A stretch of 64,000 nucleotides of DNA, taken from IMG/VR virus record IMGVR_UViG_3300021430_000595; one strand, written 5' to 3'. The position numbers and the translations under genes were made by a program. The notes below the pieces were generated by a model that was not told the origin of the DNA, made no database searches, and saw only the letters and a list, made by a program, of their open reading frames with translations. Source of the stretch: a virus. Position 1 is the stretch's first letter. Each line of letters opens with the position of its first letter. Shown here piece by piece: positions 27,971 to 36,728 of the stretch.

Positions 27971-28115
27971 ATAAAAAGATAATGTTGGAATACCCGTCTC
28001 GTTCCAATCTTAACTGCTTACCTGAGTTTTAATGATGCATCGGCAGAGGGTGATAACACTTTTGACCTCACAACTACTTCGTCGACTTTCATTGTGAGAG
28101 TGTTCATTATCTTAG

Positions 28116-28189
28116 TATCCCCGATTGGATTCGAACCAATGACCTACTGCTTAGAAGGCAGTCGCTCTATCCAACTGAGCTACGGAGAC
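28116..28189 (-). tRNA. tRNA-Arg(TCT)
   Basis: Cloverleaf. Confidence 0.92.
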
Positions 28190-28384
28190 AAATAAAATTT
28201 ACAATGGGTAACCCTCAAATCTGCTTACTCTTGGAATTACGTTACACCTGATATTGAAATCTAAGTCGGATTGTCGCAAGATTATCCACATCCAACTAAT
28301 GCTCCGTCGCTAAACGCATCATTGTAAATTTTGTACCCGAGGCCGGAATCGAACCGGCACGAACTTTACAGTCCACAAGATTTT

Positions 28385-29079
28385 CTTACCACTATAGTTT
28401 TCACTACCATCTCTGTTTGTGGTCTGGACTTTCTCTTAACCCTCATCTTAAAATGTTAGGGCTCTTCCCGTTAAGTCTCTACACGTTTCTTAAATGTTTT
28501 TCCCTCTATACGTATCTGTTTGTGAATGACAATTAGGACAAACTATTCGTAGATTTTCCAATCTATGATTTGTTCTATCACCATCGATATGGTCAAGTTC
28601 GAAACTTAATTTTTTACCATTCCAATCTTTAATTCCACAAACCTCACATTCCTCATTTTTTATTCCTTCACTAATCAACCTCAGTCTAAGTTTGTTAGTT
28701 TGATAATGTGGATGCGACCCCATCAAAATTTCTTTAGTTGGGATTTTACTTAGAGGAGAAGGTTTTGACGAACCTTTAGCGCCTTGATTTGGTTTATACA
28801 CACCAAGTTTTTTCGCTTTACGAATAAACGTGTTGTAATGTAATCCAAGTCTTATTGCCGCCTTAGCCATCGTTAACTCTTCTCTACATGCTTTGATAAT
28901 TTCACCATCTTCTATTTTTTTCATGAAACATTTGTTTCACTATAAATATATACACAATGGAAAAAGTATCTAACATGTCTACACATTTAAGACTTCGCTC
29001 GGGATTACCATTTTAAAGGTTTCCCCGAATTTGAGAAGTTCTACATTAAGTGTTTCCACCTACGCACTCAAATTTGTTT
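28385..29079 (-). mobile_element. Group I intron carrying an HNH endonuclease
   Basis: P AAATTCGGGGAAA, Q AATCCCGAGCGAAG, R GTAGAGACTT, S GAGAAAGTCC; U/G splice sites. Confidence 0.9.
28490..28924 (-). CDS. Intron-encoded HNH homing endonuclease
   Basis: CEVC, LDHIDGD, NLRIVCPNCHSQT. Confidence 0.9.
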   Translation of the reverse strand: MKKIEDGEIIKACREELTMAKAAIRLGLHYNTFIRKAKKLGVYKPNQGAKGSSKPSPLSKIPTKEILMGSHPHYQTNKLRLRLISEGIKNEECEVCGIKDWNGKKLSFELDHIDGDRTNHRLENLRIVCPNCHSQTDTYRGKNI

Positions 29080-29176
29080 AAGTCTTGCGTGTCTACCTGT
29101 TTCACCACTCGGGCATTTACTAAACCAACATGTCAAAGAACCACAGTACAAAGATAAGGAAGAAATCTTTAAAAAC

Positions 29177-29341
29177 AAAAAACCCGAAAATCTTTTTTAA
29201 GAAGTTCGGGTTTTTCTATTAGTAGATTATTAATCCTTACAATTTGACTAACTCCGAACTCGGGAAACATAAATATATACCTCTCCCATTACCACTTAGT
29301 GGGTTGTTTGACGGTTGTAATATGTATACCAAGTTCATCAT
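29177..29341 (-). promoter_or_regulatory. Attenuator-like leader: 34-codon ORF 29341..29237, antiterminator, terminator
   Basis: AGTTCGGAGTT can pair with terminator 5' arm AACCCGAACT. Confidence 0.55.
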
Positions 29342-29407
29342 TTTTTTAATAACTATCACAAAGATAAGAAAAGTTTTCAAAAAATCAAATATTTTTAGAA
29401 ATTTTTT

Positions 29408-29650
29408 TTAAAATAAGTCATCACACCATATTGGTGTCTTCTCACCAACATACGCACCTGAAATATTAAAATCAAAGTATTCAACCGCTTCGGTCATACT
29501 CATTCCTTGTTCCATTAGGATATTGATACACTTCTCAACTGAATAAATTAATCTTGTTGATTTACTATCAATACCAATAACAGCATCATCAAATCCGTCT
29601 GCCTTTAAGATTTCTTCATCTTGATACTGTTCTAAAATTTGTTCTAACAT
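29408..29650 (-). CDS. Phage hypothetical protein
   Basis: DGFDDAVIG...FNISGAYVGEKTP. Confidence 0.7.
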   Translation of the reverse strand: MLEQILEQYQDEEILKADGFDDAVIGIDSKSTRLIYSVEKCINILMEQGMSMTEAVEYFDFNISGAYVGEKTPIWCDDLF

Positions 29651-29665
29651 ATTGGTTTTTTTATT

Positions 29666-29740
29666 TGGTAGCCCCGACGAGAATCGAACTCGCGTTTTTA
29701 GGTTGAAAACCTAACGTCCTAACCGTTAGACGACGGGGCC
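29666..29740 (-). tRNA. tRNA-Glu(TTC)
   Basis: Cloverleaf with CCA. Confidence 0.88.
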
Positions 29741-29745
29741 AAGTG

Positions 29746-29831
29746 CGGAGAGTGAGGGATTCGAACCCCCGTTACCTTTCGATAAAACGGTTTTCAAGAC
29801 CGCCGCGTTCAACCAGCTCTGCCAACTCTCC
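29746..29831 (-). tRNA. tRNA-Ser(TGA)
   Basis: Cloverleaf, long variable arm. Confidence 0.92.
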
Positions 29832-30118
29832 AATATTCCCTACCTGAGATTACGATAAGTAGATTTTAACGGGTTTCTCTCACTGTTTCGAGAACCATAT
29901 CCCTCCCACTTGTTTGATACTCCATATGAGTACCTCATAGAGCGAGTCTTTTTCATTAGTGTCTTACCACATAAAAACCTGTCAACCCAATACGTCGGCG
30001 GTGCTGGATATTGCGACCGTTTACCCGAATCGATACCTCATTAAGGTCGAGGATTTTTTTACCACCATCACTTTTTTAAAGAATGTGACCAATCTTCCTG
30101 AGTATCTCTTCCTCATTG

Positions 30119-30192
30119 CGGGATATACGGGATTCGAACCCGTGACCTCCACCGTGACAGGGTGGCATTGTGACCAACTCTACTAACATCCC
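30119..30192 (-). tRNA. tRNA-Asp(GTC)
   Basis: Cloverleaf, G73. Confidence 0.88.
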
Positions 30193-30200
30193 AAAGTTTG

Positions 30201-30274
30201 AGCCTCCTGTCGGATTCGAACCAACGACCTACGCATTACAAGTGCGTCGCTCTAACCAGCTGAGCTAAGGAGGC
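30201..30274 (-). tRNA. tRNA-Thr(TGT)
   Basis: Cloverleaf. Confidence 0.92.
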
Positions 30275-30371
30275 TTCTATTCGAGTTAGAGTAGTCACGG
30301 CCACCTCTAATCCTTCTAACTCTTGACATAATCTCGGCACAACGTGGCTCGACCCTGATTATATCCATTTG

Positions 30372-30444
<73 letters not shown>

Positions 30445-30516
30445 ATATCAATATTCCAAAGAACAATCAAAATATAAGAAAGAAATCTCACTTTTCAAAA
30501 TGTTTTTTTATAAATG

Positions 30517-30591
30517 TTGCGGGACCGGGACTCGAACCCGGAACTTCAGCTTATGAGACTGACGAGATAACCATTTTCTACACATCCCGCA
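30517..30591 (-). tRNA. tRNA-Met(CAT)
   Basis: Cloverleaf. Confidence 0.82.
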
Positions 30592-30595
30592 ATGT

Positions 30596-30672
30596 TGGTT
30601 GGAATAATAGGACTCGAACCTATAACCTTTCGCGTATCAGACGAATGCTCTAACCAATTGAGCTATATTCCA
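30596..30672 (-). tRNA. tRNA-Ile(GAT)
   Basis: Cloverleaf with CCA. Confidence 0.9.
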
Positions 30673-30675
30673 ATA

Positions 30676-30751
30676 TGGGGTGATTAACCAGAATCGAACT
30701 GGTATCAATAGAACCACAATCTATTGTGTTAGCCGTTACACCATAACCACC
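30676..30751 (-). tRNA. tRNA-His(GTG)
   Basis: G-1:C73, CCA. Confidence 0.9.
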
Positions 30752-30757
30752 ATATTG

Positions 30758-30827
30758 AGGTCAATGTCGGAATCGAACCAACTCCGTTAGTTTTGCAGAC
30801 TAACCGGCCTCCATGACCAAACTGACC
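30758..30827 (-). tRNA. tRNA-Cys(GCA)
   Basis: Loop CT-GCA-AA, U73. Confidence 0.85.
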
Positions 30828-30833
30828 ATTTTG

Positions 30834-30907
30834 TACTCTCGGAGAGATTCGAACTCCCAACCCTTTCATCCGTAGTGAAATGTTCTAATCCGTTGAACTA
30901 CGAGAGC
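30834..30907 (-). tRNA. tRNA-Arg(ACG)
   Basis: Cloverleaf. Confidence 0.9.
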
Positions 30908-30914
30908 ATTGTTT

Positions 30915-31346
30915 TTATTTCAACCTTTCATCCCATTCTTCTTGAGTTCCCAATCTAATTGGTACAAACAATGCGAATCCATCGTCATCTTCAAAATGGT
31001 TACACTCATCTTTTCTCCAACCAAATTTATATCTCATATGGTCAAACTTATTAGTTTCCGCATTCCATCTCGCAATTGTAGTATTCCTGTGGTCACCAAT
31101 ATAAATTTGACCATGTATCAAATCTTTTTTTGGTATTGCACCGGCTTTAATTAGTTTTGGGACATAGAATTCTTTCCACTCCTTTTCATTTACTTTTGGT
31201 AATTGAGGAACGTCATGTGGTTCATTAAATTTGGGTAAATCATTTTCCCAATATTCTTTAATTCTTTTTTCCCTCTCTTCCCTAAGTCTAATTTTGTCAG
31301 CTTCAAATTTCATTTTTGCCGCCTCAAATGTTTCTTGGTTATTCAT
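30915..31346 (-). CDS. Hypothetical protein
   Basis: 143-aa ORF in tRNA array. Confidence 0.65.
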   Translation of the reverse strand: MNNQETFEAAKMKFEADKIRLREEREKRIKEYWENDLPKFNEPHDVPQLPKVNEKEWKEFYVPKLIKAGAIPKKDLIHGQIYIGDHRNTTIARWNAETNKFDHMRYKFGWRKDECNHFEDDDGFALFVPIRLGTQEEWDERLK

Positions 31347-31367
31347 GGTTATAAAATTTTAAGTTAG

Positions 31368-31438
31368 CACGAGTGGAGAGATTCGAACTCCCATCAAAGG
31401 TTTTGGAGACCCGTATGCTACCATTGCACCACACTCGT
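31368..31438 (-). tRNA. tRNA-Trp(CCA)
   Basis: Loop CT-CCA-AA, G73. Confidence 0.88.
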
Positions 31439-31506
31439 GTATTTTGATGGTTTTATCATTCATTAAAGGTAAAAATACTAATTAATGAATGATTTACACA
31501 TCATTG

Positions 31507-31578
31507 TAGTTCCTGTCGGATTCGAACCAACGACCCTCTGCATGTAAGGCAGATGCTCTCCCACTGAGCTAAGGAACT
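31507..31578 (-). tRNA. tRNA-Val(TAC)
   Basis: Cloverleaf. Confidence 0.9.
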
Positions 31579-31583
31579 ATGTG

Positions 31584-31657
31584 CACCGAATGGGGGATTC
31601 GAACCCCGACCCTCTGCGTGACAGGCAGATATACTCAACCATTATACGACATCCGGT
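31584..31657 (-). tRNA. tRNA-Asp(GTC), second copy
   Basis: TCTGC-CTGTCAC-GCAGA. Confidence 0.8.
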
Positions 31658-31667
31658 GTGTTTGTTG

Positions 31668-31741
31668 TGACCCCGCCGAGACTCGAACTCGGGACTCCCT
31701 CATTAAAAGTGAGGTGCTCTAGCCAACTGAGCTACGAGGTC
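31668..31741 (-). tRNA. tRNA-Lys(TTT)
   Basis: Cloverleaf. Confidence 0.92.
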
Positions 31742-31747
31742 AATTTT

Positions 31748-31823
31748 TGGTGGTGAGGGAGGGATTCGAACCCCCGACGCTCGGCTCTTCAGGCCGACGC
31801 TCTACCATCTGAGCTACCTCACC
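31748..31823 (-). tRNA. tRNA-Phe(GAA)
   Basis: Cloverleaf with CCA. Confidence 0.92.
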
Positions 31824-31855
31824 AAGTAAAACCAATATGTCAAAGAACATCTTTG

Positions 31856-31926
31856 TGGAATATTTGGGATTCGAACCCATACCTCCCACCGTCTAGCGGT
31901 TGCACATCCTTATGTGCTTTTATCCC
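31856..31926 (-). tRNA. Atypical tRNA with Ala identity (G3.U70) and non-canonical anticodon arm
   Basis: ACCG-CTAGA-CGGT arm; recognisable D and T arms. Confidence 0.5.
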
Positions 31927-31929
31927 TTG

Positions 31930-31999
31930 TGGACCACGTGGGAATCGAACCCAAACATTCTCTTTGCAAAAGAGACGACCTGCCTTCGGTATCGCGCCC
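31930..31999 (-). tRNA. tRNA-Ala(TGC) with irregular acceptor stem
   Basis: TCTCT-TTTGCAA-AGAGA; G3.U70. Confidence 0.7.
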
Positions 32000-32005
32000 A
32001 TAAAC

Positions 32006-32159
32006 AAAAAAACCTCGGGAGGTTATCCCGAGGTCTTCATGTATTTCGTTTCAATTAAAACAATTACACCATCCCTCGGGACACACGAATATCAGCCACC
32101 TCTGCCCATTTCGAACAGGTTGTAAATGACATTGTGATAATATGTGTAAATCGTTTCAT
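32006..32159 (-). promoter_or_regulatory. Attenuator-like leader of the tRNA operon: 31-codon ORF 32159..32064, antiterminator, terminator
   Basis: TCCCGAGG in the leader competes with terminator ACCTCGGGA/TCCCGAGGT plus T tract. Confidence 0.65.
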
Positions 32160-32329
32160 TGAATTTTTCTCCTTTTTTTAAATCTTGTACAAAGGTAAAG
32201 ATAAATATTCGAAAAAACAAGAAAAGTCAAAAAAAAATTTAAAAAAAGTTTTTACCGTATATACAGTAATCATAGTTGCCGGGATATTTATGTATAACCA
32301 AATAACAAATTAAAACACAAATTACAACT

Positions 32330-32593
32330 ATGAAAAACTTCTTTTCTAAACTTTTCAATGACAACAACACCATTAATGAGAAATCTGTTGTTGGATTCGG
32401 AGCATTCGTAATGATGGTAATAACTCTTTTGGTAGACATCACCACTGGTGTTTTAGGAAGAGAAATGCCAATCCACGAGTTCGTTTTTGATGGATTCTTG
32501 GTAATCACATTAGGTTCTTTCGGTATTGCATCGGTAGACAAATGGATTAACAATAAAAACAATAAAGGTGAAAATACCCCTTCTGAAGATTAA
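32330..32593 (+). CDS. Two-TM holin-like membrane protein
   Basis: Two hydrophobic helices, charged C-terminus. Confidence 0.5.
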   Translation: MKNFFSKLFNDNNTINEKSVVGFGAFVMMVITLLVDITTGVLGREMPIHEFVFDGFLVITLGSFGIASVDKWINNKNNKGENTPSED

Positions 32594-32623
32594 TTCAGTA
32601 GGTTGTTTTAAATAGACATCAAA

Positions 32624-33127
32624 ATGAAATTCATCAAGAATATTATTCTGTGTGCCCTTATTTTATTACCGATACTATCTTTAAAAGCACAAAACAGTAA
32701 AACAATTTTTATTGAGCCTGTAACCAACAATATCAAAGTTGGTGTTTTTGAAGGTAATAAGAATTTATCATTCGGTGTAAGAAATATCATAGAAGAAATC
32801 ATAATCGAACAGGACACCTTCTCATTAGTTGGTGATAAATCTTCTGCGGTTTATAGATTACAAGTTGAACTAATCTTTTTTGATATTGTGACCACCAACT
32901 CAGGTATAAGTATTTTCCATGAAGATAAAACAACGACAGTTATCAGAATGAAAGGTATACTCTATAAGGGTGATAAAAAAATAAAACAAGAATTTGCTGA
33001 AGGTAAATCAACTGAGATATCAACCTCTACATTAATAATAGATGAAGGTGGTAAATTTAATCAACAATCAGCTAGTTCAGCAATAAAAAAGACAACCCAA
33101 GCACTAATAACTAAATTAATACTATGA
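32624..33127 (+). CDS. Secreted protein
   Basis: Signal peptide ending LKA-Q. Confidence 0.6.
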   Translation: MKFIKNIILCALILLPILSLKAQNSKTIFIEPVTNNIKVGVFEGNKNLSFGVRNIIEEIIIEQDTFSLVGDKSSAVYRLQVELIFFDIVTTNSGISIFHEDKTTTVIRMKGILYKGDKKIKQEFAEGKSTEISTSTLIIDEGGKFNQQSASSAIKKTTQALITKLIL

Positions 33128-35031
33128 AAAAACTAATCCTACTTATCTTAGGGATTGTACTCACAATCTCAGGTTACTCACAAGAAATCGGTAACTATCA
33201 AAATTTTACTACCATAAAGAGAAATGACACAATTGATGTTATTTTTCAGTATAAACCTGATACCACTAAAGATATTAGGTCATTTCAAATTGATTTTCAA
33301 TTTAAAAAACAATTATTTACTCACTTTTCAACCACAGTCGATAGTGACGTTAGTACAATGACTCCAGCAATTTCATACAATCAATATGAAAATTACAAAT
33401 TTGGTTCATATGATACTTTAACTGCTAAATACAATTATGTCTTAGATAGTAATTGGACAGTTGCTAGAAACTATTTGGTTTTATCTAGTGGTAGTCAGAT
33501 AAAAAGTGACATATACATCATACACAATAAATTCATCATAAACAATGTTGGTTCAAACTTCGTTGAGGATAGTGTTCATGTGAATTGGGCTAGAATGTTT
33601 AAAAAAGATGGTGTGACTATCGGAGATAACATTGCAGTACTAACTCATCAAAAAATGGATTTAGAATTAATGGGTAACTTGGTGATTAGTGGTAACGTGG
33701 AATTACCTCCAACCATGAAACTTGATGGTAGAAGACCTACCGTTATTTGTACAAAATACAACACCGGTGAGTTTGTTTCAGAATCATTATGTGACACCAC
33801 AGGATTTTATAGTTTAAATAACGTAGATAAAAATACAAAATATAAGTTACTTTTAAGATTCCCTACCGACAGTATGGAAATGTTTAGAGATTACGCGGTA
33901 ACAATTTCAGATGCGGTTAAAACTTACGATGAGTTTTCATTAACAGATGTGAATCAAAATTTCCAACACCAACATTTAAAATTTGGTTTATCTCACTTAA
34001 TTGCTGATATGAATCAAAACGGTAAACTTGACGGTGGTGACCCTTATTTAATTTATGCAAATGTTAGTGGTCTTAAAAAAATAGACACCACAACCATGAT
34101 AAGGGTATTCCATGCAAGTGTTTATGATTCATTAGTGTTAGGTATAAACCAATGGAATGATTGGCCTAATCACATATCTGCAACGAATTTCATAACTGAT
34201 AGTGTTGGGACAACTAACTTAACTGTTGATATAAAATACTTTATTCAGGGTGATGTTGATAGAACATATTCATCTAGAGTTTGGAATAGTTCGGGTATAT
34301 TAGTTGCTAAAGCGGTGTTTAGAGGTAAGTTAGATATTGACATACCAAATACAGTTGCAACAGGAAAACAACCGGTTTATGTACCTTTTAATATAAACAC
34401 AAATGGTGATATGAATTATGGCTTACAATTTGAAATGAAGTACGAAAAAGACAAAGTTAGATTTGATGAAATAATTTCTAATTTCAATGGTGGTCCTTGG
34501 TTACAATATGTGACTCACGATGAGGTGTCAGGAACAATTAGATTTGGTGGAATGAATAACCAATTCAAAAATGGTTTAATTGGTCAATCAACGCCATTTA
34601 AGGTTAAATTTTCACCGATTGGAAATAATGATGTTGTTTCAAACATCTACATAAGACAATTAATGGATGCTTCCGATGAAAATGGTGACCATTTAAATAT
34701 AAATCTAACAACTCAAATGGCGGTTATGTTATTTAAAAGAGGATTACCGTCGGTAGATGAATATCAAGAAGTGACCGCAATGATTAGACCAAACCCAACA
34801 ACGGGATGGTTTGAATTAGAAGTTAAATTCCCTGAACCTAATATGAAAATGATGGCAACCATCTATGATGTGAATGGTAGGTTAATTCAAAATTTAGGTG
34901 AGGTATCACCAAATTATGCCGAAAGAATCGCATATAAACAAATTGATATGACATCATCCACAAATGGGAATTATTATTTGATTCTAAATAATTATAATAA
35001 ACAATTAACCAAACAATTCATAAAAATTTAA
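33124..35031 (+). CDS. Secreted protein with dockerin/cohesin-like segments and T9SS type A C-terminal sorting domain
   Basis: Signal peptide; ADMNQNGKLDGGD; RPNPTTG..IYDVNGRLI..GNYYL..KQFIKI. Confidence 0.7.
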   Translation: MKKLILLILGIVLTISGYSQEIGNYQNFTTIKRNDTIDVIFQYKPDTTKDIRSFQIDFQFKKQLFTHFSTTVDSDVSTMTPAISYNQYENYKFGSYDTLTAKYNYVLDSNWTVARNYLVLSSGSQIKSDIYIIHNKFIINNVGSNFVEDSVHVNWARMFKKDGVTIGDNIAVLTHQKMDLELMGNLVISGNVELPPTMKLDGRRPTVICTKYNTGEFVSESLCDTTGFYSLNNVDKNTKYKLLLRFPTDSMEMFRDYAVTISDAVKTYDEFSLTDVNQNFQHQHLKFGLSHLIADMNQNGKLDGGDPYLIYANVSGLKKIDTTTMIRVFHASVYDSLVLGINQWNDWPNHISATNFITDSVGTTNLTVDIKYFIQGDVDRTYSSRVWNSSGILVAKAVFRGKLDIDIPNTVATGKQPVYVPFNINTNGDMNYGLQFEMKYEKDKVRFDEIISNFNGGPWLQYVTHDEVSGTIRFGGMNNQFKNGLIGQSTPFKVKFSPIGNNDVVSNIYIRQLMDASDENGDHLNINLTTQMAVMLFKRGLPSVDEYQEVTAMIRPNPTTGWFELEVKFPEPNMKMMATIYDVNGRLIQNLGEVSPNYAERIAYKQIDMTSSTNGNYYLILNNYNKQLTKQFIKI

Positions 35032-35035
35032 AACT

Positions 35036-35377
35036 ATGAGCGAAGAAACAAACGTACCAGAATCTGACGGAACTTGGTCAGGACTAAAAAAGACATTAAT
35101 CGGAACTATCTCCACAATAATTTTAGCTGGAGGTGGATGGTTAACAACAACATTATTTAATGGTGGTGCTGAAGAAAAAGAACCCGCACCGGTTCAACAA
35201 ACCGCACCTATTATTAATTTAAATGTTGATAATTCATCTCAAAATAACTCATCAAATAATGGTGGAGGAACAACAGTTATTAAAGAAAGAATTATTGAGA
35301 AACCAAATAAACAAGAACAACCTTCTAAACCTAAAAAAGAGGGTGATGAATTTAAAGAAAAAGAACCACAATGGTAA
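35036..35377 (+). CDS. Single-TM protein
   Basis: N-terminal hydrophobic helix. Confidence 0.55.
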   Translation: MSEETNVPESDGTWSGLKKTLIGTISTIILAGGGWLTTTLFNGGAEEKEPAPVQQTAPIINLNVDNSSQNNSSNNGGGTTVIKERIIEKPNKQEQPSKPKKEGDEFKEKEPQW

Positions 35378-35910
35378 ATAATAATCAACCTTCAGGATTT
35401 AAAGACCTTCTTAATTCTATGATGAAAAGAAGGTGGTTTATCACCGCAATAGTTTTGGGTGGTTTCATGTTAATAATGGGGGGTATTTTTCTTGCGATTT
35501 TTGAGAGTAGTGAAATTAGTGGTGAATGGAAAGAATTATTACTTCTCCTTTTAGGTGCATTTATTGGTTCATATGGTAAAATAATCGATTACTGGTTTAG
35601 TGATACCGATAAAGATAAAATGTTAGTTCAAAAAATGGATGAAGAGGATGGTGTTTCTTTATCTAACACTTCAGAAATGCCCGTTTCTGCACCAAAACCA
35701 ACATCAACACAAATAACGGATTCGGTTACACAAAAAAGAGTTGAAATTGATGAAGATGGTGATGGTATTATGGATGGTTACGATAATGATGGTGATGGAA
35801 TAATAGATGAATATTTTGAACATCGTCAATGTGAACACATTTGGGGTGATAACGATGGTGATGGTGAGATTGAGTGTTTAAAATGTGGTAAAATACAAGA
35901 CTCTGAATAA
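35371..35910 (+). CDS. Two-TM protein with DxDGDG Ca-binding-like repeats
   Basis: DEDGDG, DNDGDG twice. Confidence 0.6.
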   Translation: MVNNNQPSGFKDLLNSMMKRRWFITAIVLGGFMLIMGGIFLAIFESSEISGEWKELLLLLLGAFIGSYGKIIDYWFSDTDKDKMLVQKMDEEDGVSLSNTSEMPVSAPKPTSTQITDSVTQKRVEIDEDGDGIMDGYDNDGDGIIDEYFEHRQCEHIWGDNDGDGEIECLKCGKIQDSE

Positions 35911-35911
35911 T

Positions 35912-36670
35912 ATGGAAAAGACAATCATTAAAAGAGTATTATCACCAATATTGTTGGTAATACTTTGGTTTGTATTGATGTTCTTGTTTGCGAGTACTGC
36001 AACTGCTCAGGTTGTTGGTAAAACACAAACTGAACAATATAAAGCATCATTTGAGACAAGTGTAAACATTGATTCGTTAATGGATTATGAGGGCCCCCAA
36101 ATACCAATACAAATATTAAAAATTGGTATTAGTGATGAAGTTTATGAACAATATCCTGAACTTAAAGAAAAGAAAGTTGGATTGGGTGTTGCAAATATCG
36201 TTCTTGAATACTTGGAGAATCTAAATAGATTTACTTTTACTGAAGACAAAACTGAGATAAAAAATAGAATGGTTAAACAATACCAAGCATCTCAAGCCGG
36301 TATTAGTTACGATACCCTAAATGGTAGAGGTAAGATTAGATTGGCACATTATTTTGTTACAATTGAAGTGTACGATTTCTCAATAAGTGAAGATGAAACA
36401 ATTAACCTATCTGATGGTGTTAAAAATAAAATGGTAACAAGATTAGGTTTACAGGTTAGGTTCACGGACGCAGAAACAGGTCAAATAATTGCTGCTAGTG
36501 GTTTGGGTGAAGCCGTAACAATTAGAGAATTAACGTTACTTAACGATGATAATTTAAGTGAAGTTAAGTTTAATCAGTCAACCATAGGTATTAGTACCAA
36601 GAAAGCATTAGATATTGCATGTTCTAGAATTCTATTAAGAATGATTAAAAAGGGTGTATTCACCAAATAA
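35912..36670 (+). CDS. CsgG/HfaB-like protein
   Basis: NRFTFTE, VTIEVYDF, QVRFTDAETGQIIAA. Confidence 0.6.
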   Translation: MEKTIIKRVLSPILLVILWFVLMFLFASTATAQVVGKTQTEQYKASFETSVNIDSLMDYEGPQIPIQILKIGISDEVYEQYPELKEKKVGLGVANIVLEYLENLNRFTFTEDKTEIKNRMVKQYQASQAGISYDTLNGRGKIRLAHYFVTIEVYDFSISEDETINLSDGVKNKMVTRLGLQVRFTDAETGQIIAASGLGEAVTIRELTLLNDDNLSEVKFNQSTIGISTKKALDIACSRILLRMIKKGVFTK

Positions 36671-36728
36671 TGAATATGTCTTTAAAAAAAATATAAAAGG
36701 GGGATTTTCCCCCTTTTTAATGTTGTAA

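Larger units (their letters stand above)
28334..29114 (-). tRNA. tRNA-Leu(TAA) split by a group I intron; exons 29114..29080 and 28384..28334
   Basis: Spliced arm CAAGA-CTT^AAAA-TCTTG. Confidence 0.9.

Noticed and set aside
29833-30117. RNase P RNA
   Set aside because: No GAGGAAAGUCC or matching 3' P4 consensus
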